Source: Hydrolagus affinis
Taxonomy: Eukaryota
Assembly (NCBI GenBank): GCA_012026655.1
Contig: JAAILG010000997.1
Location: 1-64,000 of the forward strand
Reading direction: 5' to 3'
DNA length: 64,000 bases
The notes under the pieces were generated by a model. That model ran no database searches. It was not told the DNA's origin and saw nothing but the letters and a program-made list of their open reading frames with translations. Made by a program: the position numbers and the translations under genes. This document shows positions 13,535-27,049 of the stretch, piece by piece. Position 1 is the first letter of the stretch. Every line of letters begins with the position of its first letter.

Positions 13535-13856
13535 GGAGTCCTGTAGCTCAGTGGTTAGATTGCTCACCTTACAAGCGAGAAACATGGGTTCGATTCCATG
13601 GAGGGCGAAACCTTGGGCACACATTTCCTTACTTTACATGCCTGATAAAAATCCCTCAAAAAAAAAAAATTCATCATTTCGATCCACGACTGTTTGTGGG
13701 ACACTGTTGTGTGCAAATAGCTTCCGCGTTTTGCTCATATATATATATATATATATATAGTCAATTCACTTTACAGTATATTCTGTGATGCGTTTTGAGA
13801 TGTCTAGAAGATGTGAAAAGCACTGTGTCAAATGCAAGGATTATTATTATTATCAT
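13535..13856 (+). mobile_element. tRNA-derived SINE, full length
   Basis: Box A TAGCTCAGTGG, box B GGTTCGATTCC, tail AAATGCAAGGATTATTATT. Confidence 0.9.
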
Positions 13857-16164
13857 TAAGATTTTTACTGTAAAGTGTAGTGACTGTGTATTTTGTAGGC
13901 AAACACGACAAAACGATGTGCATAAAGCGATGTTCCACAAGCCACAAAGGCGAATGATTTATGGACAATATGCTATGATGATATTCTTAAGGTTATGACT
14001 GTAAAACGTCAGAACAGGGAGCACAAAAAGTGCTGAGTGGGACATCCTCCCGACGTGAAAGGCGCTCTATAAATGTAATTTTGCTGCGGTTGTTGAGTGC
14101 AGACTGAATGCATATTTTAGAAGTTAATGAAGGAAGCAGTTCTCAAGGGGTTTCTTTGGGAAGATATCTTGAATATGGGAACATAGGAACAGGGGTAGAC
14201 CATTCAGACCCTCAAGCCTGTAGTGCCATTCTATTACAGCATGGCTGATCTGTACCTCAGTTCCAATTAAAGCACTTCACATTGCGAGATTGGTACCCAA
14301 GCCGGCGGCAGCAGCCCAGGGCAGTGGAGAGAGAGAAGCTGATGACATCTTTTATTTACTCTGAGAGCCAATCTTGTTCACTGTACCGTACAAGAGTTGG
14401 GAGTGAAAGGAAGCTTTCTCTGAGCATCACTTATGCAGTACAGCAGCCTTATCACTGAACTATATGTGTGCTTTCATTAAAACAGCAGGACAAAGTAGTC
14501 AGAATTAACCCACTTATGGTTGTGGATTTAGCATAAAAATTTACAGCGTGGAATATGTACTTAATGCAAATATACTTGAAGTACGAGAAAGATTATTGAG
14601 GGGAAATCCATACAGATGTTTAAAATAACAACTTTCATTTACATAACGCCTTTCATCCAGGGTAGCATCTTGGAACACTAACCATGGCATAGTTTGATAC
14701 TGAACTGGGGAGTTGACAATAGGCACAATCAGAAGGTAGGCAAAGATGGGTCAAGCAGTGGGGTTGACAGCAAACTATGACTCAAGAGAGATAGACAAAT
14801 AGTTGTGTAGTAGAGGTATTAAAATCCTTGCATTTGATATAGCACCTCATCATGCCATTGAGATGTCTCAAAGCTTTGCACACAATTTACTGTTAAGTGT
14901 AGTGACTGTACTTTGTAGACCAGAGCAGCAGTCAATTTGCACCCAGCAATGTCCCAGAAACAGCCATGAAGTGAAAAACTAATTTGATCTGGGGTATTGT
15001 TAGCCAGGATACCAGGAGAAACTCCCTCCTGTATTCGAATAACATAAATGGGCCAACATGCTTTAGCATCTCAACCAATGGACAGCACCTCCAACAATGC
15101 AGCATACCCCCAGTAAAGCACTGGAGTGTTAAAAGTCCCAACTTGAGGGTTTTACGAACATGTCACTAAAATAATATATTACAAAATACAATACTAATTA
15201 TATAGCAACTTTCATGTCACAGGATATCACAAAGTGATGACCATCAGTACAATAATCCCAGGTAGTTAAGAAAGTGAAGCAAAATGTTGGGATGTGTAAC
15301 CAAATGTGTAATGTCACTAAAGTATGAATTGAAAGCCGTGATACTAAAACTAGAATTAATAGATAAAAGCAGTATACTCTGATCTGGGCATGACTTGGAG
15401 GTGTGCGAATGGGCCTCATTCCCCAGTGAATGCGTGTCTCTGTCCATTTTGTCTTATTCTTGTAAATTCATGTGACATATTCCAACTTAAGAATGTTTAT
15501 GAAGTGTGGAAAAGCAGAAAAGCGTGTGGGAAAAGACATTCTGCTGACCAAGAAAAGATATAGGTAGTTACCAGCAGGGTTCAATATTTCACAAACTTTG
15601 CTGAATTGTGTTGCAAACACCACGATTTGGACAGTTCCATCTCTCATTTTTTTATTAACCAATTCCAGTTTTCCTGCTATTTTTTCTATAACAACCGCTC
15701 GCATGTGTACAGCGTCTTTCATGTATGATGGGCTTGTCAAAGCAATTTACAGAGGCAATAAGGATCTGTGAACCGAATGGGAAGGAGGGAAGATATTGAG
15801 GATTTTCACTGAAGTCATAGTCTATGAGAGAGATGGTTTTGTAGACAGGGAGAGAAAGGCACAAGACAAAGAGATTTGGGGAGAGAGTTTCAGCGAGCTG
15901 GACCAACAGCATTGGATTGAAGGACCAGCTATGTATGGTAAGACGCAGGGAGGGAAGAACTAACAATTAACTAACAGAGTTGGAGGAGCAGAGGACACGG
16001 TTAAATACTTTTACTTCTTTTTTCCAGTTCCGACTCTCCACATTTACTTTGATTTATAAATGTTTATTGTGACCAATAAATGTGTCTTTTGATTTCCACC
16101 CATGTGTCTTTTAAAGACACATGAACAACTTGTGAAATGATAGGCAGGTGAATAGTAAAAACAA

Positions 16165-16580
16165 TAATAATAATAATAATTCTTGCATTTGATACAGTGC
16201 CTTTCATCTTGGGAGGTCGTCTTGCAGGATATAATGCAATGCGTAACTACAGTGTGGTTTGTAGGCAAATGCTGCAGCCAATTTGCACACAGCAATTTTG
16301 AACAAACAGCCATGAAGTGAGTGACCCAATTTTATCTGAGGTAGTTTTTGCTTAGGACACCAGAAGAAATTCCCTTCTCTTTTTGAGTAGCGCCAAGGGA
16401 TTTTTAACAGGTAGACGGGACCTCGGTTTAGCACCTCATCTAGAGACAGCAACTCTGAAAAAATGCATCATTCACACTGCCCTCCTTAGTTTATGTGAGT
16501 TCAAAGACCCGATATGGGGGGGCTTTAATCCAAAACCTTCTGCCTCAGAGGCGAGAGTGTTATCAACTGAGGCCAGGCTG
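16165..16580 (-). mobile_element. Deu-domain SINE
   Basis: Head remnant CTCAGAGGCGAGAGTG...ACTGAG at the right; Deu core; tail at the left. Confidence 0.8.
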
Positions 16581-17729
16581 ACGTATGAATATAGCATTAA
16601 TCTCAAAGAGTTGCCTCGTCATTTCTACCTTGGCTCTTTCTTTGCCTAACAGTATCTTGTGCAGAACCTTGAGTAACCAGCACTCGTTAGACAAAGGATC
16701 CAAAGATTCTTTTGCTGGGGAGTGTGTGTGGCGGGGGAGGTGGTGGGGGCGCGGGAGCAGAGAAGGGAAGGAGTGAGGGGAAAGAACCATAAATCTAAGA
16801 AAATCATATTCGGCTCATTTGTTATACTCAGTGAGCCTCTCTGAACTACAAAGGGACAACTAATTCAGTCTCTTTAAGTGCTGCATGTAATGAAGGATAT
16901 TGCTCAGACCCTGCATTCGGAGCCTGTAATGAATGGGGTCATTAAGCTGGTTCTGTGAAGTTCACTCAACAAAGCCATTAGTCCACTAGAGTGGGACACT
17001 CTGAAAATGAGATATCCTGTCCCACGGGGCCTAGCAAAGTATTTTTCAGGTGTTTTTTTCTCTCTCTCACTCTCTGACTTACTCTCTCTCCCCCACTTCT
17101 CTGTCTGTGTTTCTCGCTCTCCCTCTAATCTTCACTCCCTCTCCGTTTACCACTGCGTTTCCCTCTCTCTCCCACAAACTATACAGTCAATTCCCTTTAC
17201 AGTACATTCTGTGAGACGCTTTAAGATGTCTCGAAGACGTGATAAAGGACAATATCAAATGCAATAATTATTCATGATTGTATTTCTCTCTCTCCTCCTG
17301 TGTCTCACTGAGTTTCTCTCTCTTCCTCTCTCTCTGCCTCTTGCCGGTCTGGTCAAGAGGCAAGATTTTAACCTTTCTCTTTTCGAAGAAATGCTATTGT
17401 TCTTGCCTTAAAATTTCACAAGAACCGGGTTCCCCTTTCGTCTGTGTTACTCTCTCACGTATAACGTGTGTTTCTTCACAAGATGCTCTGTTTTCGTGAA
17501 CGTCACTTTTTGTAGAAAGACAACAAGTCAGGCGGGTGAGTGGGGGGCTGGGTGGGGCTATGGAGGCAGGGGTTGTGATTGTTTGGTTCCTTTGGATCCC
17601 TATCCCCTAATGGCTTTACTCTCTCCGGGTGTTCATACACTTCACTGTTGAACTGTGATTCCACGAATAGTACTTGTTTGTTGCAAGTGTTACAATCACG
17701 TGCTCATTGCCACTCTTTCAGAACTCTCA

Positions 17730-17930
17730 ACCTCCATATATGGATAATGCGCTTAAAGGGATTAAGGGATATGGGGATAAGGCAGATAGGTGGAGTTAGA
17801 TTAGAAGATCAGCCATGATCTTATTGAATGGCGGGGCAGGCTCGAGAGGCCGAATGGCCTACTCCTGCTCACAATTCTTATGAATGAGATCTGATGGGCC
17901 AAATGGCCTTCTTCATCCAGACTAATCTTG
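17730..17930 (+). mobile_element. CR1 LINE 3' end(s)
   Basis: GATCAGCCATGATCTTATTGAATGGCGGGGCAGGCTCGAGAGGCCGAATGGCCTACTCCTG; other CR1 3' ends at about 6510-6690(-), 11610-11790(+), 14175-14265(-), 31285-31480(+), 33885-34110(-), 46495-46555(-) and 48300-48395(-). Confidence 0.85.
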
Positions 17931-18399
17931 TAAATCCCTCGTCTCCTGGTCGATCTTGTTTTTCTCGGAAACCCATTGTTTCCCCTTCGTCGTGCATTTT
18001 GCTGAAACACAGCAGCCAGTTGCATGCAGCAGTATCCAGTCAGATTTGGATACCCTTAAGTATGGCGATGTCAGACACCCTTGTCACTTTCTATCCTTGA
18101 CGGTATTCTGCACTGGCTTTTTCAGACAAGGACAAAATTCAGTCAGTTTTTGTACTTTTTTTAATTAAAAAAAAACCCACCTTAATGCTGCGAATGGGAG
18201 GACAGTGGAGTGGGCGTTCTGGAATTGTGAGATCAGATGGGAAAATAGGAGTATGGGTGAATGTTAGATGATAAAAGACCCAAGGTCCATCTGGTCCGCC
18301 TTCTATCATCCTGGTGGTTGCATGCTACAATAATACAGAGCTTAATAGCAAATAATTCTGCATGGATTAGTTTACCAACACAGTAGAAAGATTTGAGAA

Positions 18400-19005
18400 C
18401 TTTAGAACATAAGAACATAAGAATTAGGAGCAGGAGTAGGCCATTCGGCCCTTCAACAACAACAAACAACAACAACAAATTACATTTATAGAGCGCCTTT
18501 CACGTCCCAAGCCTGCCCCGCCATTCAATAAGATCATGGCTGATCTTCTCACCTAACTTTGATTACCTGCCCTATCTCCATATCCCCTAATCCCTCTATT
18601 TTTCAAAAATCTATCAGTCTCAGCCTTGAAGATGTTCAAGGACTGAGCATCTACAGCTTTCTGGGGTAATGAATTCCTTAAATTCACTACCCTCTGAGTG
18701 AAGAAATGTTTCCTCAACTCTGTTCTAAAAGGCTGACCCTTAATTTTAAGACTGTGACCCTTGGTTATAGATTCTCCTACCAGGGGAAACAGTCCCTCAG
18801 TGCCTACTTTATCTAGCCCTTTAAGAATCTTATATGTTTCAATAAGATCCCTCCTAATTCTTCTGTACTCTAGAGAATACAGTCCTAGTTAGTTCAACCT
18901 ATCCTCATAGGTCAGTCCCCTCATCCCAGGAACTAACCTAGTGAATCTACGCTGCACCCCCTCTAAGGCAACTATGTCCTTTTTTAAATAAGGACACCAA
19001 AACTG
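18400..19005 (-). mobile_element. CR1 LINE 3' fragment carrying a nested L2 tail
   Basis: (AGAACATA)n tail and GGAGTAGGCCATTCGGCCC 3' stem; reverse complement of the ORF2 C-terminus (GGTCACAGTCTTAAAATTAAGGGTCAGCCTTTTAGAACAGAGTTGAGGAAACATTTCTTCACTCAGAGGGTAGTGAATTTA, i.e. GHSLKIKGQPFRTELRKHFFTQRVVNL). Confidence 0.9.
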
Positions 19006-19204
19006 ATCCAAAGTTGCCTAATTCTTCCAAGCATTCTACATTTCATGTCTCAAATTACTCATATACTGTATCCCTCAAATATTGTCTTATAAAAGAAATA
19101 GATTTAATTAGCTTTTGAATTAATTGATACTATGATGGGCCAAAGTGACTTATTCATCCAAACCGATCACTTCCTCTATGCATATTGATAATGATACCAT
19201 TATA

Positions 19205-19730
19205 ATAATAATACTTTAATTTGATATAGCACCTTATCATTGAGATGTCTCAAAAGTGCTTTGCAAAATATATTGTAAAGTGAATTGACTGTACTTTATG
19301 GGCGCAATGTGGCAGCCAATTGCGCACAGCAGTGTCCCATAAACAGAGATGGATTGAGTGACCAAATTATTATTATTTATTTATTTATTTTGAGAGAGAT
19401 TATTACCCCCAGATCCGTCAATCAACTAACGACCAGATTTCTACTTACTGCTAGGTAAACAGAGCTTACTGCTAAATTAGGGAACTTACTCTACAGGCTT
19501 ACTGTAGAGGCCTGTAGCTCAGTGGTTAGTCCACTCGCCTCGCAAGCAAGAGGACCTGGGTTTGATTCCCAAGCAAGCCAAAATTTTGGGCAAGTTTCCT
19601 TACTCCACAGGTCTCTGTTTGTGGGACACTGCTGCATGCAATTGGCTGCTGTGTTTCACCCACAAAATATACAGTCATTTCACTTTACAGTATATTCAGT
19701 GAAGTTCTTTGCGATAAGGCACTTATTATG
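19205..19730. mobile_element. Back-to-back pair of the tRNA SINE (19205-19465 minus and headless; 19505-19730 plus and internally deleted)
   Basis: The same body and tail appear in opposite orientations; tRNA head near 19510. Confidence 0.8.
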
Positions 19731-21184
19731 ATTATAAGCCACAAATAAATAAAATTGAGCAGTAGTATTTCTGCTTGTGGCTGCCCTGATACTGTTGCAG
19801 ACAGAATCCTATTAAAAACAAAGGTAAGTGAAAGAAATATAATAACCGAGGAGGAAGTGGGTTGGGTGATGATGGGGAGGGGGTGGGGGGAGAAGGGTTA
19901 CAGTATCTCTCCAGAGACCTTGAGCTCTTGAAGGAAATTAGACCCATCTGTAAACTCAGCAGGATTTGACTAGAAATATTGTCTCCACATCTATAAATCA
20001 AAACTATTATGTACACACAGAAGTGCTTCATCTCATAAAGTATTTGGTAATTATTCTATATAGAAATTAGCATAATGACTTAGTTTTAAAAAGCAGAGAA
20101 GATAAAAAATTGCTAAGCACGATGATGTTTTTTTTTGTACCACATTTATTCAAGTCAACTTTCTTTTTTTTTTCGCATTACCAGCCAGCGGAGTTTGGTT
20201 TATGATTTACAAAACCACCTGCCAGAAAAAAATGGATATCTCATTAGCAAATAATTTATGGTCATTTTTAATTCCTTTTGTTTTCTTGTCGCTTTGCTGT
20301 CATGGTGTTAATGTGATTTTTTTTGTGTTTTTATAAATCTGGCGGATGGCCGGGGAGGAGAGGAGAGGACAGGGGAAAGGGGGGGGGAAGTTCTAAAAAT
20401 ATATATATATTTTTCACTGCTTTTCTTTTCTCTCGAACCACTGCCAGGAAGCATCAGCTTAGGGTAAAGAGGTGTTTTTACCCACTCCCCCACCCCACCC
20501 CCACATTGTTTAATTAAAGCAGTTACTCAGTTAAATCGAGTCAAACTGCTGTGCACTCCTGTTAAGTGTGGAATTGATTTTCCATAGTGTTTCCGTACGT
20601 GTGTTCAGAGAATATTCATGATGGAGTGCATATAAATTATGCTGAAGTGCCATAATGTATACAGCAGAGACGTTTTTTTATTTTGTTTCACTCTTTTTTT
20701 GGGGGGGTTTCTTTTGCTTCCTCCCGTGCATTCACTATGGACAGGGCAGTTTTAGAAAACCTCGGAGAGCCTTTGGAGTAATGTGTGTATTGCAGACGAC
20801 ACGGGAGTGAGGCGTAGAGAGCGTGACATCGAGAACGAGAGCCCGTGGGTTGGGTTAGATCTTGCATTCGGCCCTCAATGCACTTTTTAATTATTCCGAA
20901 GGGTCAGCCCATGAGTGGTCTCCAGAGGCCAGGCAGGACGTTTCATCCGGCCCTCGATGCGCCCTTTTATTATTCACTAGAGCCGGCTCGCCAGTCCTCC
21001 CAATCGGTCAGGCGGGAGATGAAAACTCCAACCAGATGTGGCACACAGTAAGCTCCGTCTGCACGCACGGTGAGTGTCTGCTGTAAGAATACTCTTCAGA
21101 GTGCGATCGAGTTCCCGTGCCATTTTGGGCTGTTACTTGCCGCTGAACCGCGTTTGTACGTTCAGTGCTCAGCATTATTATGAA

Positions 21185-21640
21185 CAATAATAATAATAAC
21201 CCGTCCTTGCGTTTGGTATAAGCGCCTTATCATGTCGTTTAGACGTCTCAAAGCGCTTCACGGGATACACACCTAATGTGGATTGGACTTGGCGTATTTT
21301 GTGGGCAAAAGGTGGCAACCAGTTGCGCACAGTAATACCCGACAAACAGCCACGTGACTGAGTGAGTGACCAATTTTATTGGGGGGATTGTTGGCCAGGA
21401 CACCGGCATAAACACCCAGCTCTTTTCCGATCGTGCCAAGGGTTAATCCTTAACATCCACTTGAACAGACAGACTTGGTTTAACGTCCCATTCAGAGCAC
21501 GACAACTCCCAACAATGCAGCGCATCCCCAGGACTGCATTGGAATGATGTCCCAGGGAAGCATTGTAGATCAGGGCTTGCGTCCCAATTCCCCCACCCCT
21601 CCTCAGAGAGAAGACATTGGGTATTCGATCTGCTCACTGA
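21185..21640 (-). mobile_element. Deu-domain SINE
   Basis: TTGGCCAGGACACCGG...AACATCCACTTGAACAG...GGTTTAACGTC core. Confidence 0.8.
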
Positions 21641-22214
21641 TCAGACCAGCATCCATTGGACCATAGCTACACCAGTGGCAATGTAAACTACCTCCCACAC
21701 TTAAAAAGACAGGAATTAACACGCCACAAATTGCTTTTGTTTTAAAAAAAATTTAATTTTATATTAAGTTGTTTATATATATATATAGAAACACATATAA
21801 AAAAAGACAAAAATGTGGCTTTATTTGCCCTGACCTTTCCCTATAGCACTGACAGGCAGTCAATGTGGAATCAGAGCTCTAAGCAACTAAGCTGTCCCAT
21901 CATGCTTTTATCATATTAGCACCATGTATTTTATTTTTATTTTTGGTTTCGATTCATGATTTGTTTTAATTGTAACTTTTTTTAAAAGAAAAATCATAAC
22001 TTTGTTAACAAAAAAGCACATTTTGCTGCTGGAAACTGACATGAGTAGAATTCTAACGTGAGTTTTAAGTACGTTTGGTTGAAGGCACAACACTTCCCCC
22101 TCTCCCCCTCTCCCCCTACCTTCTTGAACAGAAGAACAGTCTTTAAATCTTAACAATGTGTTTGCTTCTTAAAAATGAATATACTTAACCTGATTATGCT
22201 CACAAGTATATGAC

Positions 22215-22660
22215 AATAACAACCATCCTTGCATTTGATACAGCACCTTTCACATCAGGAGGACATCTGAAAGCACTTCACAGGATTCGTTGTAAACTGT
22301 AGTGACCATGTATATTTTGTAGACGAATGCAGCTGTCAATTATCTGCACAGCAATGTCCCACAAACAGCCATCAAAGGGAAGGACCAATTTTATCGGGGG
22401 GAATGTTGGCCAGGACACCGGGAGAAATTCCCTCCTCTTTATGAGCAGTGCCTCAGGATCTTTATCATCCATCTCAACTACCATGTAGGACCTTAGATTG
22501 ATGTCTCATCCAATGGATGGCACCTCCGGATGCTTTGCTCCCCCGCCACTGCATTGGAGTGCCAGCCCAGACTGTGAGTTCACAGTCCTGATGTGAGGCT
22601 TAAACCCTTAAACATTCTAACTCAGAGGCAAGAGTATAACCCCACTGAGCCAGGTTGACA
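22215..22660 (-). mobile_element. Deu-domain SINE, near full length
   Basis: Core TTGGCCAGGACACCGGGAGAAATTCCC; head CTCAGAGGCAAGAGTATAACCCACTGAGCC. Confidence 0.85.
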
Positions 22661-25600
22661 ATAAGTATGTACACAGTAGTTGACTTTGTCCCATCGTATA
22701 TCAGTTCATAGGTTAGAAGTGAAACTTTGGAACCCCTTAATCTGAGAGAACTGTGGTGTGCAGTCAACATAAAGCTCTTTCCCCACTTCCCCCAACACAA
22801 TTTACGGTTTGGGTTTTACAATCCACATGCAAAATGTTCAGGCTGGATTAACCTTGTGTAGCTCAATGCCGTGATGCTGCTCACACCCAAAAGTAAAACA
22901 ACCGTTGGTTGATAATTTTAGAATTAAGCAGCTTTTCTTGAAAAGTTTACTCTGTGTTGGCCCATGTGTTAACCTAGCCTGCAATTTTTTGCAGACGGAT
23001 TGGTGAATCATCACTACTCTCTACTTAAACAAGCCAAATCACTGCATTTCATCGCTGCTTTATAATCTTTCCAATGAATCTCGTATCACCTGTAATTACT
23101 GATCCCAAATAACCAGTGACATACCCTGTCAGTGTTCCCGAACCAGTCATTAGTGCATATATATAGGCTATCTTTAATGGTCAGTTTTCATTGGATGAGA
23201 AGAGGCTATATAACTGCACCTTTGCGCTCTATAACATTAAATCTATTGGTTACTTCCGTAAAATCCACTCAGAGCGGCATATTATGTGTATTTCATCTGT
23301 TTATGTAAATCCTAAATCATACTATAGGCTGAATGCTTGCAAATTAAACTTGGAGTTTGGTCAAGGTGCTTCTTAGCTGCTCAACCAATAGATCGGGTGT
23401 GACACCAGCCAGAACAATGCTCAGAAAGCTCTCTCTCTCCAATCCAGTTAGGACGTAAGGGAGATGTACTTCGAAGGCAGGTTGCCATTAGTGGGGGTGT
23501 TCAATCCACTGTCACAGTTTTCACACTTTCGTATGAGTGGCTGAGCTGTTTCCTCCTGTAGTTTAGGGGTGAAATTGTGACATTTCATAACTATTACAAG
23601 GGACATATTATAAAATGCCACACCAGTCAGTCACCCCTTTTTTGTCCCTGCAGCCAGTGTCCAACTTGGTGGTTCAGAGTACAGCTGATGTGCAGAATTA
23701 ATCAGAAAGCTCTCCTTTGTTTATTGTTCGAGCGAAGAACTACTTAGAAGTTTCTGTGGCAGAAAGATTGCGCGGCGAGGGAGTAAATATACCAGCTTCT
23801 TAAGGCGCGTTGCTCGTGGTGAAGATTCTCGAGTTTGGTGGCAGAACTTGATTTGAAGAACAGCTGGTTTTCCCATATGTTACTGATCTTCAGCCCTGGG
23901 TTCCAATCACTCACATGAGCTAGATTGCAAAGCAAAATAGCAGTGAGGTGTAACTGCAATAGACCCACATTCCTAACATTGACCTCTTTAACTTCTCTTT
24001 ATAACTCCCAACTGCGTGTGTATTTTCTTGGTAAAATCGACCTATTTTTGGCCCATCGCAAGATGTACTTCATAGACCTTATATACTCAGTCATCTTTCC
24101 CCTCCCCAATCACTTTGTTTCACACCTCCAGCTTGGGTGCCCAGCCAGGAGTATCAATGTCCTCCCGACCTGAAAGGCGCTATATCAATATAAATTGTAT
24201 TGACATGGGGAAAGAAGCTGTGTCCCACTGCTCAGGTCTGTTAGTCAATGAATGGCGACATGTTCATCGGAGTCATTTAGAGAGAGAGAGAGAAATGCAG
24301 GAAGGAATAGCATTTACACTGGCAACGTAAATGACTGAGTGAAAATATCGGATGTTGAACAAACTTTTAATGAAACAGATGAGAAAGAATGTCTTGATCA
24401 CAAGATGGGCTCTTAAGGGAGAGGGACTGAACAGATGTCCAATTAACTCCATAATCCGCAGTTGGACATTTTGTAGCTTCGCAGGTATGGGGGAATCTGA
24501 ACTGCGTAATAAGATTCTTTAATAAGGCTTCCAAGCCACAAAAAGGAGTTTCAGGAACCGAAAGTACATCATGCCGACCGACGCGGATAATGTAGTCCAC
24601 TTTTAGTGTTGGTTTCTTAAAGGACCATTCAGAGTTGCATGAGGGTGGTTCAGTTTGATACAGTCCCTCTAATGTCTCTTGCCTTTCCCAGGGAAGCATC
24701 AAAACATTCTGTGGCCTATTCTCAATCGTTAATGTGTCTACAATCCTGGGAGGGCATCAAACAATAATAATAATCCTTGCATTTGATACAGCGCCTGATC
24801 ACGTCAAAGCCTCAAAGCGTTTCACAGACTATGTCTTAAAGTGTATTAACTGCATGCTTGGTGGGCACAACGCGGCAACCAATTGCGCACAGCAGTGTCC
24901 CATAAACAGACTCAAACAGTGCAATAAATAGATATAATAAGCGCTGATTCAATGCCTCCTCCTCCTCGTAACACTTCCCGCCCCCATCCTCAAGCCTCAA
25001 CGATCCTTCAGCACACCAAGCGTTAAGCGAACAAGCTGCGTTAATGAAGTTCTGTGCAATGGCACATTCTTTGAAAGTTCTGCTGAAACTGGATTCATGC
25101 TGTTTAATTAACACATCAAGCTGGGTTCTCTTTAATTATAGATGTGCTTCTGGACTCATCCATCTTAACATGCAAGAATGATATCAGTGAGGAGAATGTG
25201 TTCTGCCTTTTTTCTCTTACCACCCTCCGCACCCAGCAGCCCCCCATCCACCACACTTTATTGAATACTCAGATTTGTTCTTACACAGCCTGAGCATTGT
25301 GTGTTTAGTGCGTGCATCTGTCTGTAAATAGGAATAGGGTAGGATATCTTGGAGGAGAGGAGGGATGTCAGAAAAAAGTAAGGATCATTGATCTTTGTCT
25401 TTTAAAGAGATGTGAATCTCCTGCAGTGTCAGGTTGGTTTATTTTTGGGGAGGGGGAGAGCGGGGGGTTGTGTACAGATTAAGCGTGAGATTCTATTATG
25501 GAACAGAACGCTCGCTTCTAAAGGGTAGGTAGGTTTCCATACCATCACTTTAACACTTGTGGCCACACAGTGGGAACTGTGCTTGGTGATATGGAGGCGG

Positions 25601-26629
25601 ACGAGAGGTATTGTCTGTCCTTGGAAGCAGATTGTTGGGTGTGTTGGGGTGGGAGTGGGTGGGGGGAAACCTCAGATTTTTCAGTGCTGTTATTATTAGT
25701 AATGCCTGCTAATTCAGGCTGGAATAAGTTCCGTCCTAGGGAATGGACAAATCCCTGCACATTGAACTGTTTGGGAATTAGAGGACTGAGGGAATTTACC
25801 CCCCGCGCCCCCCTTCACACTGAACCACTTGAGATCCAGGGCAGCATCGCTGCAACACTGTGCGTGTCTAGATATCACTAGAGCATTCATGGCCTGAAAT
25901 TACCAGCTGGACTTGAACCTGAAGGACTATTTATGATCATGCAGAATTGGGTCTGTCATGTGGAGTGACTCTACATTCACCTCCTTAAAAAACACACTTT
26001 CACTATGCTTCACAGTAAAATCCTGTACAGCTCTCTGAGCCGTCCTCCTGATGTGAAAGGCGCTATAACAAAGGGTTATTATTATGCTTACAGTCACTTC
26101 ACTTTACAGTATATTCTGTGAAGCGCTTTGAGACGTCGAGAAGACGTGAAAAGCGCTATATTAAATGCAAGAATTATTAGATTAGATTATTATTATTATA
26201 AGCAAACCCCATTCACTAGAACTCCATCCCAGAGTCCCTCCAAATCAACCCCACCCCTTCTTACTGTCAAAGAGAACCACAAGACTTACCTCTTTGACTG
26301 CTTTTTTGGTCATCTTCCGTCTGTCCCCTCGCTCGGGTGACAACCAGTAATGTAAAGTGTATTGAGACATCCTCCCGGCATGAAAGGTATCATATAAATG
26401 GAAGTTGTACTGAAGACCTTTTTTTCACAATTTGGTAGACAATGGTGTCGCGGGTGAATTTCTGCTCAGGTATCCACTGCCACGATAGCAGTGGAGGATA
26501 GTGACGGATAGCCAGAGAGTTTGCAGGATGACCTGAATGTCTATCAGAACACAGGGACTCAGAGCTTTTTATTGTATCAACAATAGAGTCTTACATGGAG
26601 GCGGGTCCTGTGTAAAGAAGCAGGTAGCC

Positions 26630-26922
26630 TTTAATGGCATCTGAGACTTTCTATCCGCTCTTTTCCCTCAGTAGGCTCCGGCCTGATCCATGTCCATTTC
26701 CTGTCCGCATCGCCATCAGCGGTCAGGCCTTTGACCTCCACCCTCTGTAACTCCATCGCACAGTCCCTTCTCCTTGTTTCCTTCAAGGCCCGTCTCAAGA
26801 CCCTTCTCATTGACCCTTTTACCCCTTCCCCCAGCTCGGGTCCAAATCCCTGACTCTCCAGTGTCTTGGGACGTCCTCCCGATGTGAAAGGCACTACACA
26901 AATGTAATTTGATGTTGTTGTT
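26630..26922 (+). mobile_element. L2 LINE 3' fragment
   Basis: CCTTCAAGGCCCGTCTCAAGACCC...GGGACGTCCTCCCGATGTGAAAGGCACTACACAAATGTAATTTGATGTTGTTG matches the 3715-4100 element; similar pieces at about 10080-10310, 26210-26410, 45200-45545, 58590-58995, 61470-61530 and 63410-63650. Confidence 0.85.
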
Positions 26923-27049
26923 TCTGTCGGACTTTAGATGCACACAGCAAGTTGAAGTTGTTTGGTTATGAAGAGAATGACAAGACCAGAGATGACTAAA
27001 TCCTAACTTTTTTTCTCTCTTTCTCTTCCTCTGTCTTTGTCTTTCACAG

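Noticed and set aside
13535-13610. tRNA-like sequences with A/B boxes (also near 7335, 50895, 56760 and 62969)
   Set aside because: Each continues into the same SINE body and tail and the copies diverge from one another, so they are SINE heads rather than tRNA genes
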